The notes beneath the pieces were generated by a model, which worked only from the letters and a program-made list of their open reading frames with translations, did not search any database and was not told the origin of the DNA. A DNA stretch of 64,000 nt from Octopus sinensis (taxonomy: Eukaryota): contig NC_043012.1 in NCBI RefSeq assembly GCF_006345805.1, positions 28,148,001 to 28,212,000 of the forward strand. Direction: 5' to 3'. The stretch's first letter is position 1. Every line of letters begins with the position of its first letter. This document shows, piece after piece, positions 1 to 13,859 of the stretch. A program made the position numbers and the translations under genes.

Positions 1-790
1 TCTTAATATGGACGCCAAACTTTGTGTAACTCTTGAAAGCCCTTAGATATTCGGAGTCATACATGTGTAGGGGCTTTAATTTCAAATCACCAGCAACAGT
101 TCCTCCTCAAAGAAGTGTCAGACGAATTTTGGAAGCTTTAAAACGTGGTCTAAATTTTTTCACGAGAAATAAGGTCTACCAGGTACCTCCAGAAAAATGC
201 AGTCTCATCAACATTTTATACTTGCTCTGGTATGTAACTTCATTCAACATTCATTTTCTTTGACTGCTCGAGATAATTTGTACCAGCTTCTTTGTCAGTA
301 CTCACAGTTTCACCTGTCACTTTTATGTTATGCAAACTCATGCTCTTCTGAAACCTATCGAACCAGCCTTTGCTTGCCAAAAAGTGTTTTCCAGTAGCAG
401 TTTCACCTTCCTATTTCTAAATCATCATACAAGCTTATGTCTCTTTTCGAATTACCATCTTGTTGATCGGTATGTTTCAGCGATTCGGATTTTCGATCCA
501 TACACACAACAGTCGTTCTATTTTAAGCATTATATTAGATTCTATTGTAAAATATGATCCGGACAGTTAACGGAGTAGATACTTGAGCACTTGACATAAT
601 TTTCTCTCTGCTGTCATTTATTGTTCCCACTGTAGACGTTGCAAGATTCAATGTTTTGGCAAACTTAGTTGTACTTCTGCGTCAAGTCCTTTCAAAACAT
701 CAAACTTAATCTCCAATGTAATCCCCTTTACGAATCGTTTTTACACCACCACCTTCATGTACACTTGATAACTTCCTTCCAGACATCTTA
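1..790 (-). mobile_element. pogo/Tigger-like DNA transposase remnant (runs off window start)
   Basis: Hand translation of the minus strand gives MSGRKL...RKG.ITLEIKFDV...AKTLNLATSTV (CENP-B-type HTH) and RPRFKASKIRLTLL*GGTVAGDLKLKPLHMY, with stops and frameshifts. Confidence 0.65.
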
Positions 791-1058
791 AACTGAAAAC
801 AAATCCAAGGGCAGCGATTAATTATCCACAATAAATAAGTAGCAAAAAAATGGCCCAGGAAAGATCTGATTTGTGAGAGCGTAAAATTGTCTTCTACCTA
901 TTGATAAAACAACGAAAATGAGATGAAAAGGTGAAGGACCGAAGAAGAGAAAGTACTGTATGATTACATTCAGCTGAAGGGTCTCCAGATTTTATAGGCA
1001 ATTCAATCTTTACACTCCTGACTTAAGACATAAACGCACACGCACACACACACACACA

Positions 1059-1105
<47 letters not shown>

Positions 1106-1851
1106 CCTGCATATTGGCATACATTCTGATATCTATTGTAGCTAAGTGCATTAAAAAATCCGTGAGTTGATAGTGGTGACAATGTGAGTTGCATTGGTTT
1201 TAGATGTCAGCAATGATAGGCGGGTATTGTTGGTGTTGTGGTGGTTATACTATCCTTGATAGTGAGGTGAATTTTAGGTGTAGTTAATGTTAACACCTAA
1301 AATAATTCACGGTAAGATGATAAATTATAATGATTTAGAATAATGAGCAAAGCTTACTAACCCACTATGTGTTCTTTAAACCTTTATATTTGTCAACACT
1401 GCTTGGAAATACGCATTTTCCATCTTGCTCTTGAGAAGAGACGCCTATCTTGCTTCAACAATTTCACCGGGACTTGTTACAGGCAACGCACTTATGTCAT
1501 CATGTACATACTATTCATGAATATGGATATTACGTAAGTTATGGCTTTCCTGAAACAGCTGTTGAGATTAAAATTTGCATAATTTTTCAGTTCGGTTTTG
1601 CTTTCTTTATTCTTTATTCTGTTTTGTTTTCTTTTTTTTTTATTATTTATTTATAAATCATGTACTCCATGTAAATATATGCCTCAAGCCTATTTTTGTT
1701 TATTTATCTTACTACCACCATAACATCGCGATGAGAATTGTTCTTAAAGCTGATTTTTGATGCAGAGGTACTGGACCCATATGAAGAGGTTGGAGTTTAA
1801 GTTTCCATCCATTTGTGTAATCTATAATAGGCTTCTTTGCTTTCACTATTC

Positions 1852-2046
<195 letters not shown>

Positions 2047-4499
2047 CTGAATGCGTGTGTGTGTGTGTACATACACATATAGATATAAAGAAAGAGGGAG
2101 AGAAAGTAATAGACAGATAGAAATAGAAACAGAGATGGAGAAAAAGACCGACCGACTGGCAGAGAGAAAAAGAGAGAAAGGTATGTGTGTGCTTGTAACT
2201 TTTTAATATCATTTCTTCGATTCTTGTATTTTTTCGCATTTTTTTTCTCTAGCTAATGTTGATGACATACACATGGGCGGTTGAAATGTTCAAAATTAAG
2301 TACATATATGATGTCTTCACTTCTCCCCAGGCGGGTTTTTGCCTTGGGAGTCTTTATTGGATATTTCCGTCCTTAACGTTTATTTGGTGTAATGATTATT
2401 TGAGCAACCGTACAGCTGGAAAAGCCCGTCGTAGCTTAATGCTTCGAGTAGTAGCAATAACTGCCTAAATAACTCGTTGTGTAAACAAATAAAATTGGAT
2501 CAATTCCTATAAACTGAAACTGTTTCTTTTGTATGAATGCAATCTTAACTCATGCAGGAGGTCGTGTAGAAACAACATGTGGAACTCTTTTGTAAATCAA
2601 AACATATAACGTAAACATCTTGCAGTGTTTTTTTTTTGTGCTTTCGTACCAAAAGTGTGTTGTCACTGTTTGTGATGGGTATATATTAAATGTTGTTATG
2701 GCTTTCTGAAGAGACATGAAACGGACACAATTTTTAAATACTGAGTCTGATTTTCGAATTACTCTTCCAGGTCAACCATATCAGTAGTTAAGATGAATTT
2801 ATATGGTCCTTGGCATATTTAACTGTGTTTCTTCAGATCTTATCTAACTTAATGTTAAATGTAAATTTCATGTTGTTTTCCATTCAACTAAGCAATTATT
2901 ACTTTATGATAACACATTGGTGATCTGTTGTGTATTGTTCAAAGGAAGTTGACCAGACAATGTTTGAATATGCTGTATATTTTCTTGATCTGGTCAAGGT
3001 AGAACAAGTAATGCTTAGCCATTTGAAGTTTCTTGAATTACAAATTAGCTGCATACTAGCAAGCTAGAAATAATGCTATCACAACTAACGTAATATAATC
3101 AGATTTGTAAAAGTTATTTAGAATCAAGTCTTTTTCAGCATAGGTTATTGTCAACAATGAATCTGAATTCTTAATACTATTCGGTAAAAGAAATTCAGGG
3201 GTGTATGTCATTTCTTTTTCAATAACCATTCTCTGTAAATATTTATTTCTATAGTAGTAGCCCTAGTAAGGGGATATTCCTGATAGAACCAACTGTAACT
3301 GGAAAAATTGGTGGTATGAATACAAGGTGTTTAGAAGCCAAAGTTACACAATGCGAATTCCCACAAATGTTTTCATCGACATTGATTCTAAATATCTTAC
3401 TTTATTCAATGCCATTAAAAGATTTTACGAAGGAACTATGTATAAGGTTATCCTATTTTCGAGATTGATGAAATCAAATCATTGAATTAGTTAATTAATC
3501 TGAAAATAACTGAGGACCTTGGATGTTCGAAAGTTGAAATTATTGGTCAACGTTGTTATCACATTTCATAATATTGACGAGAGATAATCATCACTAGTGA
3601 TCAATAAAACAGTATTTGGTAATATAAACCAGAGCTATTTTTTCTCTATCCCTATTATAACGCCTACAGTAATTTTTCACATCAGGTTTTTCATAGGCCC
3701 AAAGAAGAATTTCTTGTGAGCTTATAAACATCCTGGTGTTCAAGCTCTCCATGGAGACTTTTCTTATCGTGACCAGAGGTTACGTCTTTAAACCTACTAC
3801 GTTTAATAAGATAATTCTCATCCCACATATTTCTCTGTAAGAAATTATTCTATGGCCTAAATTTATGACATATTTCAGCTCCCATCTTTTGACAATTTCA
3901 TTATTTTTTGATTCTCGCACATAACCTGCCTATAAAAAAATTGCACATTATGCATATAATTTTTTTTAATCATTGGTGGAGATAATGCTTTCTCTTATTA
4001 ATTATTCAACATATCAAATATAACACTAACCTACAAATTGGTGACCCTGTCGAACATCCATAGAAGATCCGAACTACACTAATACTACAAAATGGCGAAC
4101 TTACCTAACTAGACTACAAATGGTAAACCCGAACTGGAACAGAGCATATCGTACAGTCGAACACCAACCATAAAATGATGACCCAGCGCGGAAAAGCAGC
4201 TTATGGACACCCTACGCCAACATCATTAAATTAGCATTGTCTGACTCAAATAATGGAGACAAATATAATAATTGAGAAATTTGCAAACTATGCTGAATTA
4301 ATAAAAATCAACGAACAACAATGAAACTAATGCAATTTTAAATAATACGCTGACAAAAGAGACTGCAATGTTACTGTAAATTCTTGTTATTCTTAAAAAA
4401 TCTTTTGTTCTCGTAGCTGACACTTTTTTATCACGTCACCTGTTGGATTCATATTTTTGCCGCATTTCTCTGTCACTTTATTTCTTCTCTTCGCTGAAA

Positions 4500-5050
4500 T
4501 AGAGAAGCATGAAACTTTTATTGACATCCCCGGGTAATTTGGACCCTATTTTACAGAGTAGTGATATTCCGGCGATTCAATCTGTATATCAATATCAACT
4601 ATCCCACACTGGAGTGGTAATCCTATGATATATTTCATTCAATCGCTTACATATTTTGCTGTAGATATTTCTTCTGAAGCACAGCTGTGCGGCATATTGA
4701 TTAGCATCCTTCCTCCAACACTTATAGGTGAACTTAAATATCTAACCAAAGCCGCTGGCGGCACTGCCTCCTTATCAGATTGAAGGAGAACATACAATTT
4801 GCATCAGAAATATACAGTGAAGCATTGGGTAATAAGAAGATTTCACAGTGTGCAGAATGAAGAATTATCAGAAAATAATTCTCTTGTACAGTCATACTTA
4901 AAGCAATTATTTTCATCTCCTTTGCTGTCCAATGTAGAGGCTGTCCTGGCACCTGTAAGATACCGTAGTATAGTAGATCATTTAACTAAGTTAGCAGATG
5001 ACATTGTTGCCATCTTCGTATACCAATTTACGGGATACTTCATTTGATTT
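4500..5050 (+). mobile_element. Possible gypsy-type gag remnant
   Basis: ORF 4799-5047 ...KQLFSSPLLSNVEAVLAP...DHLTKLADDIV resembles the gag motif LFLQRLP..V..IL...L..LA..AD. Heavily decayed. Confidence 0.35.
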
Positions 5051-5379
5051 GTCTATCGTCGCTGAATTTGCATCCTTTCGCAAGATGATTGGGAAGAAAA
5101 AATCCAACCCCTCTCTGACAAAAAGGAACGGATTGAAATGTCTCGATTTTCAGTTCGTTCATTCACCTTCTCATTCTTGGAATTCAGTAAGAAAACTCTC
5201 GTCTAGCTCGCTGTAAGAGAGCATAGGCACTATGTTGGTGCCACTTCAAATTACGTATAAATGCTCGCCACTGCATCCAGCTATGTTCCTTTAACGCTAC
5301 TTCTTTTAAGCTGCAGGAAAACGGCTAAGCTGGGAGTTAACTGCCACTACATTAAATGGCTCTTCTTCTGTTAGTCTCT

Positions 5380-5930
5380 GTGGGCATCTGCAATAGAGTG
5401 GATGAAACCATTGCCCCATATCGCAAAAGAATGTCCTTGACTTCCCCAAAACCACATGTTGTAGCGACTCGATGAGGTAGCGAAAGTGCTACGTTGGAAA
5501 CTGTGCGAAAAGTTGGGGCTGGAGAGAGGCAAGACGTGATATGAGCACAAACCGCAAAGTATGGGGAGGACCAGCAAAAAAAAACAAAAAAACAATAGGG
5601 AGAAAAGAAATGAAGAAAAGAAACAGATAAGGGACTAGAGCATAACAGACCGGATCTAGTGGTGATGGATAAGATGCACCACATGTGTCGATGTTGCGTG
5701 GCCCTTTGACCCACAAGAAGGAAGGCGAAAAATAGATGTATACAATCCTCTTAAATATGAAATAGCCCAACCATGGAAAATTAGAAGGTGAAGATAGTGC
5801 CAATTATTGTTGATTCCTTGGGACATTATCTGGAAGAATCAAGAGGATTATGAAGGAAATTGGAATTGAGTACCCGTAGAACTGTTACAAAATAATCAGG
5901 AAAGTGTTAGATAGTTGAAAAGAACAGAAA
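5380..5930 (+). mobile_element. R4/Dong-type LINE 3' fragment (zinc knuckle and RLE), decayed
   Basis: Residual ETI.HI...C and RPDLVV-type sequence, ending in the VPIIV..LG region. Confidence 0.55.
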
Positions 5931-6045
5931 GTATGGTACCATAAGCTGCAGGCAACAAGCCTGCTACGTATGCAAGACACCAGGAATTACAAAACATCAG
6001 ATAAAAAAGCAAATAACAACAACAACTGCAACAACAATAATAAAA

Positions 6046-7345
6046 GCCATCCCCATGGACATAGTCCATGGACACACGCTCTCTCCATTCCTTTTATGCT
6101 TGTCACTGACACCTTTATCTGACATGCTAAACAACAGGATATGGATCAACATTTACGGCAAAATAATCGAACATCTCTTGTGTGTGGATGACCTAAAACT
6201 GTATGCTGCAAATGATAAACAAGTGGAAACATTATTAAAGGCAGTGCATGGATTTACCACAGAAATACACATGAAACGTGGACTAGAAAAATGTGCCAAA
6301 GCTACCTTGGACAGAGGAAACTAGTTAAGGGTAACAATATCATACTAGATAGCAAAGGAAATGAGAGAATTTGACCAAAGCCAGACATATAAATACTGCG
6401 GAGTTGATGAACTAGATACGGTGCAACACACACAAAAGAAAAGGAAGATAACAAAGGAATATTATAGACGAGTTAGATTAATACTTAGAACAGAGCTCAA
6501 TGCGAAAAACAAGATAATATGCATCAACAATATAACCGTCGCAATTTTAAGTTATAGCTACAATATTCTTAATTGGAATCTAAATGAAATAACAAAATTA
6601 GACAGAGAAACAAGGAAAATAATGACATAGTTTTGGATGCACCACCCAAAATCTGACATAGAAAGGTTATAATATAAAACGTATTGAAGGTGGTAGAGGT
6701 CTTATACAACTAAAAAGTTATTATAAAATAACCATCATAGGATTACACAAATATGCCGCAAAAGATATGGGTATAAATTCAGATGAAATGATGGATAAGA
6801 GCTAAGGAGAAGAGAGAAGAAGACCTTGAAAGGAGAAAGCATGGAAAGTTTGAAAGGAATACACAAGTCGATAAGGATAATAAAGCATCGTGGGCATGGC
6901 TTGAGTGATGTAGTTTGAAGCATACTACCGAAAACCTGATCATTGCTGCACAGGGCCAGGCGCTCGCTACCAATTCAGTGAAGTATAACATCTATAAAAC
7001 TTCTGACATCCAGAACTGCAGACTGTGGAAAGAGGGTGAAATGAAAGAGTGTCATATTGAATAAGAGAGACAAATACGGTCAGATGTAGCCATACCAAAT
7101 GACATGAATGTTGTGAGTAAAAAGGTTGAAAAAAATCACCAAATACTCCGAATTGAAAGTGGAAATGGCAAGATAGTATGGAATGCGAGAGGATAATGTA
7201 AAAGTAATACCAGTGGTCATCATAGCATTGGGCTCAATCCCATTGAAACTTCAAGACTTCTTAAGGCAAGTGGAAATCCCATGCAAGATTGATCTCTTGC
7301 AAAAAGCAGCCTTATGGGGCACAGCGCACATCATAGGTATTAGCT
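6046..7345 (+). mobile_element. R4/Dong-type LINE, 5'-truncated RT to RLE remnant
   Basis: ORFs 6055-6324 (TLSPFLLCLSLTPLSDMLN...VDDLKLYAAND) and 6361-6630 (TYKY.GV) resemble the element at 40.4-41 kb. Begins right after an (AAC/AAT)n run. Confidence 0.75.
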
Positions 7346-7394
7346 GTCTGAGGTCCTTGTGACTTGACAGATGATTAAAGACTCCGGTGCATTA

Positions 7395-7499
7395 TTACAA
7401 TAACAACAACAACAATAATAATAATAATAATAATAATAATGATAATAATAATAATAATAAAAATATTACAATAATAATAATAACAAAAACAATAACACC

Positions 7500-7531
<32 letters not shown>

Positions 7532-7535
7532 CAAC

Positions 7536-7567
<32 letters not shown>

Positions 7568-7569
7568 TG

Positions 7570-7646
<77 letters not shown>

Positions 7647-7650
7647 TATA
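7395..7650. repeat. (AAT/AAC/CAC)n compound microsatellite
   Basis: Direct inspection. Confidence 0.95.
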
Positions 7651-9040
7651 ACATCTATAAAACTTCTGACACCCAGAATTGCAGACTATGGAAAGAGTGT
7701 GGAAAATGTGATCCACTTGCTAAGTGGATGTGAGAGGTTATGAAGCAGATAGAAGAGACGGGCTATAAGAACTTGGGGATTTTGGAAATGGATAAATTGA
7801 TAGAGAAAGAAATGACAGAAAAATTTAAGGTGGAGTACTTACGGTACTTACGCAGACTGAGACTGATCCTTAAGTCGAAATTAAATGGACGGAATAAGAT
7901 CGAAGATGGGCGGTTTCACTCCTTAGATATGGAGCAGGGGTAATCGCATGGACAGTAGACGAACTAAACAGCTTAGACAGAAAGACAAGGAAGTCGCTAT
8001 CTAGATATGGGTCACTCCACCCGAAAAGTGACACAGACAGACTGTATGTACCAAGAAAAAGAGGCAAAGTGGACTTATTAGAGCAGAAGAAAACAACATA
8101 GCATGGTATGTAAAGAATGCCACAGAACTGCTATTACTAGAAGGTCAGGCTTGTGTAGGATGAAAGATTGCAAAGATAAAGCACTATACATGAAACTGAA
8201 ACCGAATGAATCTGAAAATAGGTGGGTAAAGAAAAGAATGCATGGTCAATTTCATAGGTATGTTGAAGACAGACAGAGGAAAAAGATGGCTGTGGATGAC
8301 TAAAAGTGATTTAAAACCAGAAACGGAGGCTCTAATCTGTGCTGCCCAAGAGCAAGCACTAAGAATAAACTACATAAAATACAGAATAGACAACACATCA
8401 GAAAGTGATAAGTGCAGAATATGTGGACAAAACGATGAAACCGTATGGCATATTACCAGCCAATGTACGCCACTAGCCCAGGAGGAATATAAGAGACGCC
8501 ACGACTATATAGCCAGGCTTGTCCATTGGACACTTTGCAACAAGTATAGACATGACAGAGCAAAAAATTTGTACGACAACAAACCTGACGGGATTGTCGA
8601 AAATAGAAATGCAAAGATCCTATGCGACCATGAGATTGAGAATAGGAAGCCGGACATAGAGTTAATTGAGAAAGAAAAGAAACTATGCTGGATCATAAAC
8701 ATAGCATGCACAGCTGACAACAAGGTATGTGATAAGGAAGAAAAAAAGTCGAGAGATATGACAGTTTAGCTTGGGAAGTTAAGCAGGTGTGGTCGATAAA
8801 AAAGGTAGCAGTAGTACCAATAATTGTCGGAGCCCTAGGAACAGTGAGCATAAATCTTGAGAAGTACGTGGAACAAATAGGGGCTGCAATAAGGGTGGAG
8901 CACTTGCAGAAAACAGCACTGCTTGGAACCGTTCGAATACCCCGGAAGGTGCTCAAAAAGTAGATGTTACCTTAGTTCACTAGTAATGAACAGCTGACAC
9001 TGTAGTACATCTCCAGCGTTAGAAGCTGTGCAAAGGAAAC
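7650..9040 (+). mobile_element. R4/Dong-type LINE 3' part
   Basis: ORF 8242-8769 contains AAQEQAL...CRIC...ETVWHITSQC...EYKRRHD...KPDIELIE (CCHC plus PD..D RLE). Flanked by (AAT)n and (AAC/AAT)n. Confidence 0.85.
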
Positions 9041-9069
9041 AACAACAACAACAACAATGATAATAATAA

Positions 9070-9624
9070 AATGACCTGATGCAGTACCTCGCAGTGGTCC
9101 TCATGGCTTTTGATCTTAACTGATTGGAAGTGTTATTATGTATTGTTTTGTCTTGTTATGAAAGATGGGCTACAGCAAATATTCTGCTCAATACCACAGA
9201 TTTGCTTGTCAGTTGTTTGACCTTAACCAGTTGAGCATGTCCCTTAGTGGCTGACGATATGTGCATCTCTAATCACGAGCAGAAGTAGTGGAGGAGCATC
9301 ATAGCCATGTGTTGAAAGGAATGTTTTGGGGTTTGGATAATTCACCTTTGGAAACATAGGTGTTTCATTCAAAATCCTTAAAAACCCTTATTCAGGGACG
9401 TTTTGAAGGGGATGGGCTACTCGACCGAAAGAAAACTCTAACTGGGCCCCACCTGTAAGATCATGCGCTGTTAATCTTGATATGAGATCACCATGTGATA
9501 CACATATGGTTGTGACGCATGTGTCTGGTGTACCCTTATCAGACGGGTAGTCATGGTGGGTATACTGCGCTTCGTATATTTTACTCCAATGTCACTTTGA
9601 TGGTGTGCGCTGCTCTTTCACTCA
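9070..9624 (+). mobile_element. ~560-bp non-coding interspersed element, copy 1
   Basis: Reverse complement of the copies at 14803, 15373, 15878 and 33370, and same strand as the copy at 39078. AAT repeats on both sides. Confidence 0.75.
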
Positions 9625-9689
9625 ATAATAACAACAACAACAACAACAACAATAATAATCCTTTGTACAATAGGCACAAGGCCTTAAAT

Positions 9690-9937
9690 TTGAGGGAGGG
9701 GACAAGTCGATTACCTGAGTGTTTCATTGGTACTCAATTTATCGACCTCTGCGGAATTTGAACTCTGAACGTAGCGAAGGCGAAATACCTATTTCTTTAC
9801 TACCCACAAAGGGCTAAACACAGAGAGGACAAGCAAGGACAGACAAACGGATTAATGAACTCAGAACGTCACGCGACGGCGAAATACCGGTAAGTATTTC
9901 GCCCAGCGTGCTAACGATTCTGCCAGCTCACCGCCTT
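9690..9937 (-). mobile_element. tRNA-headed SINE, family S1
   Basis: Minus strand GGCGG.GAGCTGGCAGAATCGTTAGCACG (A-box-like) and GAGTTCA (B-box-like). The same family recurs at about 16905, 29288, 38060 and 47820. Confidence 0.7.
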
Positions 9938-9938
9938 C

Positions 9939-10005
<67 letters not shown>

Positions 10006-10701
10006 GTCTGGCCTTGATAGCGGCTGGACGTGTTCTTTGCTGCTCTGATCAGTCAGCAGCCGAAGACCCAGAAACACTAATACAACCCAGCAGGACAACT
10101 GAAAAATAGCTTTTAAAAAATGGAATGTCAACAATTTTCTGGGAATCAATTTAACCTTTCCTTTCTCACAGACTATTTGAACATGCAAACATCCCTATTA
10201 TTGTATGAACATTACAGTTTTCTCTGGCTGGACACACAAACGATCACATTTAAAACCTTTAAAAACTTTAATATCTACAATTTTCTGTGAATATTTAACC
10301 TCTCCTTTCTCCCTGCCTATTAGATCATGTAATCGTTTCTTTTATCGCATATTCTTTTATAGATATCTCCGACTATCTAACTTTAGCAATTTCAAAATAA
10401 GTGACTCTCTGTGAGTACATAATCCTTTAATTTCTCCTAGCGTCTCGAACACACAAACAACTTTCTCATATCCAGGAAATTTTGTAACTTCTCCAACCAC
10501 TTTCCAGAATTTGATAAAAATGCAGGAGACAAGCAACTGCCAATATTTACAAACTGCACAATTACAAAAACTGTAAATCACAGCAAAACTTGTGAAAAGA
10601 AAAGAAAATTCAACAGTGTAAATATCAGTGTATGCGTATGTATATATATATATATATAAACAATTATAAATAAGGTCAAAAGAAAAAGAAATTTCCCTGC
10701 C

Positions 10702-10936
10702 AATATGCTGCAAAATAGACTTTAGATCGTCTGACCGCATACAACACCTTTCATCACAAATACACAGCGAGTCGAAACGAGGAAAGCAAGCCAACAGACA
10801 CTCTAAAAAATTCGTTATCCCCGATTCGGATCGAAACTTTCTGTTGACTTGCTTTCCTCGTTTCGACACGCTGTGTATTTGTGGTGAAAGGTGTTGTATG
10901 CGGTCAGACGATCTAAAGTCTATTTTGCAGCATATT
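10702..10936. repeat. Inverted repeat, 97-bp arms, 41-nt spacer
   Basis: 10702-10798 is the reverse complement of 10840-10936 with 3 mismatches by eye. Confidence 0.9.
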
Positions 10937-11039
10937 CGCACAGAAAATGTTTTCTCTTTTGCCCTTATTTATAATTGTTTATAATTTTCACCTTAAAAGG
11001 TATTTTAGTAATAATCGGAGGTGAAATATCAATATTAAA

Positions 11040-12054
11040 TGAACTAATGTGTGGAAACGATATAAGATCCAAAAAAGGAGAAAGATGAAGAGAAAATATA
11101 AATCCTTGCTAAGAGATAGACTGCTTTCAACAAAAGAAAGACTGCAACAAAAAGTTCAAGTAAAATCTCGAAGAATACGAAGATTTGAGAAGAGAAACAA
11201 GCTTTACAAGCACCATAAGCTGTTCATATCCAATGCGAAAACATTCTACAAAAAAATAGGGAAGGAGAAAATAACCGTTGAAGACTTTGGAAAAATATTT
11301 GGAGTTATGAAAAGTCATACAATGCAAACGCAGACTGGATTAGACGCACAGAAGAATCCTACCAAAATTTACCAGAATAAGCATGGGAAGGCATTACAAT
11401 AGTAGACCTAAGGATGACACTTAAGAAGGCTCATAAGTGGAAATCATCTGATAAAGATAGTGCCAAACTTTTGGCTCGCATCGCCCCCGTGCGCATACAA
11501 AAAGTTAGTTTAGTTATTCAATGAAATTATGAGAGTTCAAAAAAAAAACAAAACATCTGATTGGTTAGCAAGTGGTATTTCTTACCAACTTCCAAAGAAT
11601 AATGAAACCAAATTTCCCCCAAAGCTAGCGGACCATGACCTGTTTATTACCACATATAAAATTTCAACATCCACCCTTGTGGAGAAAACATAAGATCAAT
11701 TCCTAATCAACACCTAATCAATTGCATGATCCTTGGGAACTGTCATAACAAACGCAGTAAACTAATTTCTGCATGGATTGGTTATAAAAAAAGCCTTTGA
11801 CAGTGCACCAGCGCACCGCATTCATGGATCTTGATATCACGAGATATCTTCAAAATTTCTTCTGTGATTTCAAACTTCCTGAAGCACAACATGTGTCAGA
11901 GTGGAATACGAATCTCCAATTATACCACTCTAATGGAATACTGAATACAAACAATATTAATATCAACTGTGGTAAATTCCAAGGTGACTCACTGGTACTT
12001 CTAATTTTCTGCATAGTCCTAATACCCCTTACAAGTGTACTTAACAGAACAGAA
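11040..12054 (+). mobile_element. R4/Dong-type LINE RT, 5' half (split by Helitron)
   Basis: Contains KKAFDS and FQGDSL.. motifs and ends ...LNRTE at the Helitron junction. Confidence 0.75.
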
Positions 12055-13233
12055 TCTTTATATATATAAAACTGAGAATGTGTGTGTGTCTATCTGTCTG
12101 TGTGTTTCCCTAAAACTTGAAAACTACACAACCAATTTCATTTGAATTTTACACATGCCTTACTTAGGGTCCGGGGAGTGTCATCAGCAAATTTTTTTTA
12201 ACTTTTTGCCTAGGGCGAGCCCACAGCAATATCATATCTTCTCCACTACGATTCCCTAAAACTTGAGAACTACACAACCAATTTCATTCAAATTTGACAC
12301 ATGCCTTACTTAGGGTCCATGTAGTTTCATGGGCAAAAAAAATGTTCAACTTCTTGCCTAGAGCGAGCCCATAGCAATATCATATCTTCTCCACTATTTC
12401 AGTATTACGTGTTAAAAGTGAAACAAAATCATTTCTCTATTTTGTCAGATACTTTCACTTTAACAATAAAAATAATAATAACAATTGAATTATATGTAGT
12501 AAGTAATAATTAAAATCAAACTAAAGTATAATACAATCGTAACATAACAAAAGTAAAAATAGCAATTGGTATAAAATTGCATTAATGACTTGAACTTGAA
12601 TAAGTGGTTTCACATGAATGGGAATTAATTAAAAATAAAATTAGCGTGCAGAAATGGAATAGTCCAGATGGATAATAAAAAATTAAATTAAAGAAAAGAC
12701 TATTGTCTATAAAGTATACAATGTAGAGAAAAAAGATTTGAACACATGAAGGAAAGCACCTTCGAAAAGTGTCTTGGTGCAACTATGAAAGATATCTAAT
12801 CAGAGGCGGTAAATTCGCCACAATAGAAGCAAGGTTCGAGTCAACGGAGCGTGCGAGGGAGTACTCAACTCGAACTTGCAAAGTGGAAATATTTTAGTTT
12901 TACCTTTATATCTGGGATGTAGGACGTCCCAGAAAAAAATTAAAAACGCACCCCCCACCCAGAAGTAGAGGTAGGATGGATTGTAGCCACACTTCTATAC
13001 AAGAGGGAGGACAAGATACAATTGATCGAAATTACAAGAGACGGGCTAACAATTCCAGTCCGTTATATATTTTGAGTATTGTTATCACTAGCGATATCAA
13101 GATATAACTTTGTATTTTGTATTTTATGTGTAGATGTATATATATAGATGTACATGTAATATGTACACATATATATACACATATATACATACACTAGCAC
13201 TATGACCCGGCAACGACGGGTCTTTAATGCTAG
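12055..13233 (+). mobile_element. Non-autonomous Helitron (~1.18 kb)
   Basis: Starts TC, ends with hairpin GACCCG/CGGGTC then CTAG, sits between A and T with no TSD. Removing it restores the RT reading LNRTE|YGYK...FYMDDLKLY. Internal ~145-bp tandem duplication at about 12105-12395. Confidence 0.8.
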
Positions 13234-13730
13234 TATGGTTATAAAACTGACAAGAAAATAAGCCGTCTATTTTACATGGATGACTTAAAACTCTATGATC
13301 AAGACGATAATGAGCTTGAAGGTCTACTGCGCACTGTGAAAGCATTTAGTGATAACTTCGGGATGGAATTTGGTCTTGATAAATGTTCCAAAGCTACTTT
13401 CCAGAAGGGGAAATTGAAGACTTCACATTCAGTGGTGTTAGATGTTGACAGTTATAAAAGAACACGCGCAGTGTCAATGTGTTGAACTGAAATATGAGCG
13501 GAATAAGGAAGCTTGACAGGAAAACCCCAAAGACGAATCGGCCAAAGGCAGATGCAGATTGCCTTTAACTTCGAGGAGGTCGAAGCACGATCCATTTTGA
13601 AATCTCTTACAAAACCCACCACAATTGGACTGGCCAGATATCTTGAAACATCGAACGACTAGATATTAAAACTTGTTAAAAATCACAAGAGAAGCTTTAT
13701 TCTGTCATGAAGGAGAACAAAAAAGTTACC
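13234..13730 (+). mobile_element. R4/Dong-type LINE RT, 3' half
   Basis: YGYK...LFYMDDLKLYD...FGMEFGLDKC (ORF 13276-13485). Confidence 0.75.
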
Positions 13731-13803
13731 GCTAAGCATTTCGTTCACCTTGCTAACGACTCTGCTAGCTCGCCGCCTTAATAATAATAATAATAATAAT
13801 ATA

Positions 13804-13849
<46 letters not shown>

Positions 13850-13859
13850 TTTTATTATT

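Noticed and set aside
3510-3540. CTGAGGA...GAAA hammerhead-like spacing (also CTGAAGA at 2706)
   Set aside because: No G-C closed stem II, no stem III or NUH site. Chance matches.
7375-7743. Long poly-Y/I/N/E/S ORFs here and at about 14.2-14.8, 18.5, 33.9, 54.7 and 58.3-59.0 kb
   Set aside because: They are translations of stop-free microsatellites, not genes.
9070-9140. HDV-like ribozyme at the 5' end of the 560-bp element
   Set aside because: A P4-like hairpin preceded by GG exists, but I could not find P1 or P2 partners.
10357-10941. 194-aa minus-strand ORF as a gene
   Set aside because: It crosses an inverted repeat and a TA tract and has no recognisable domain.
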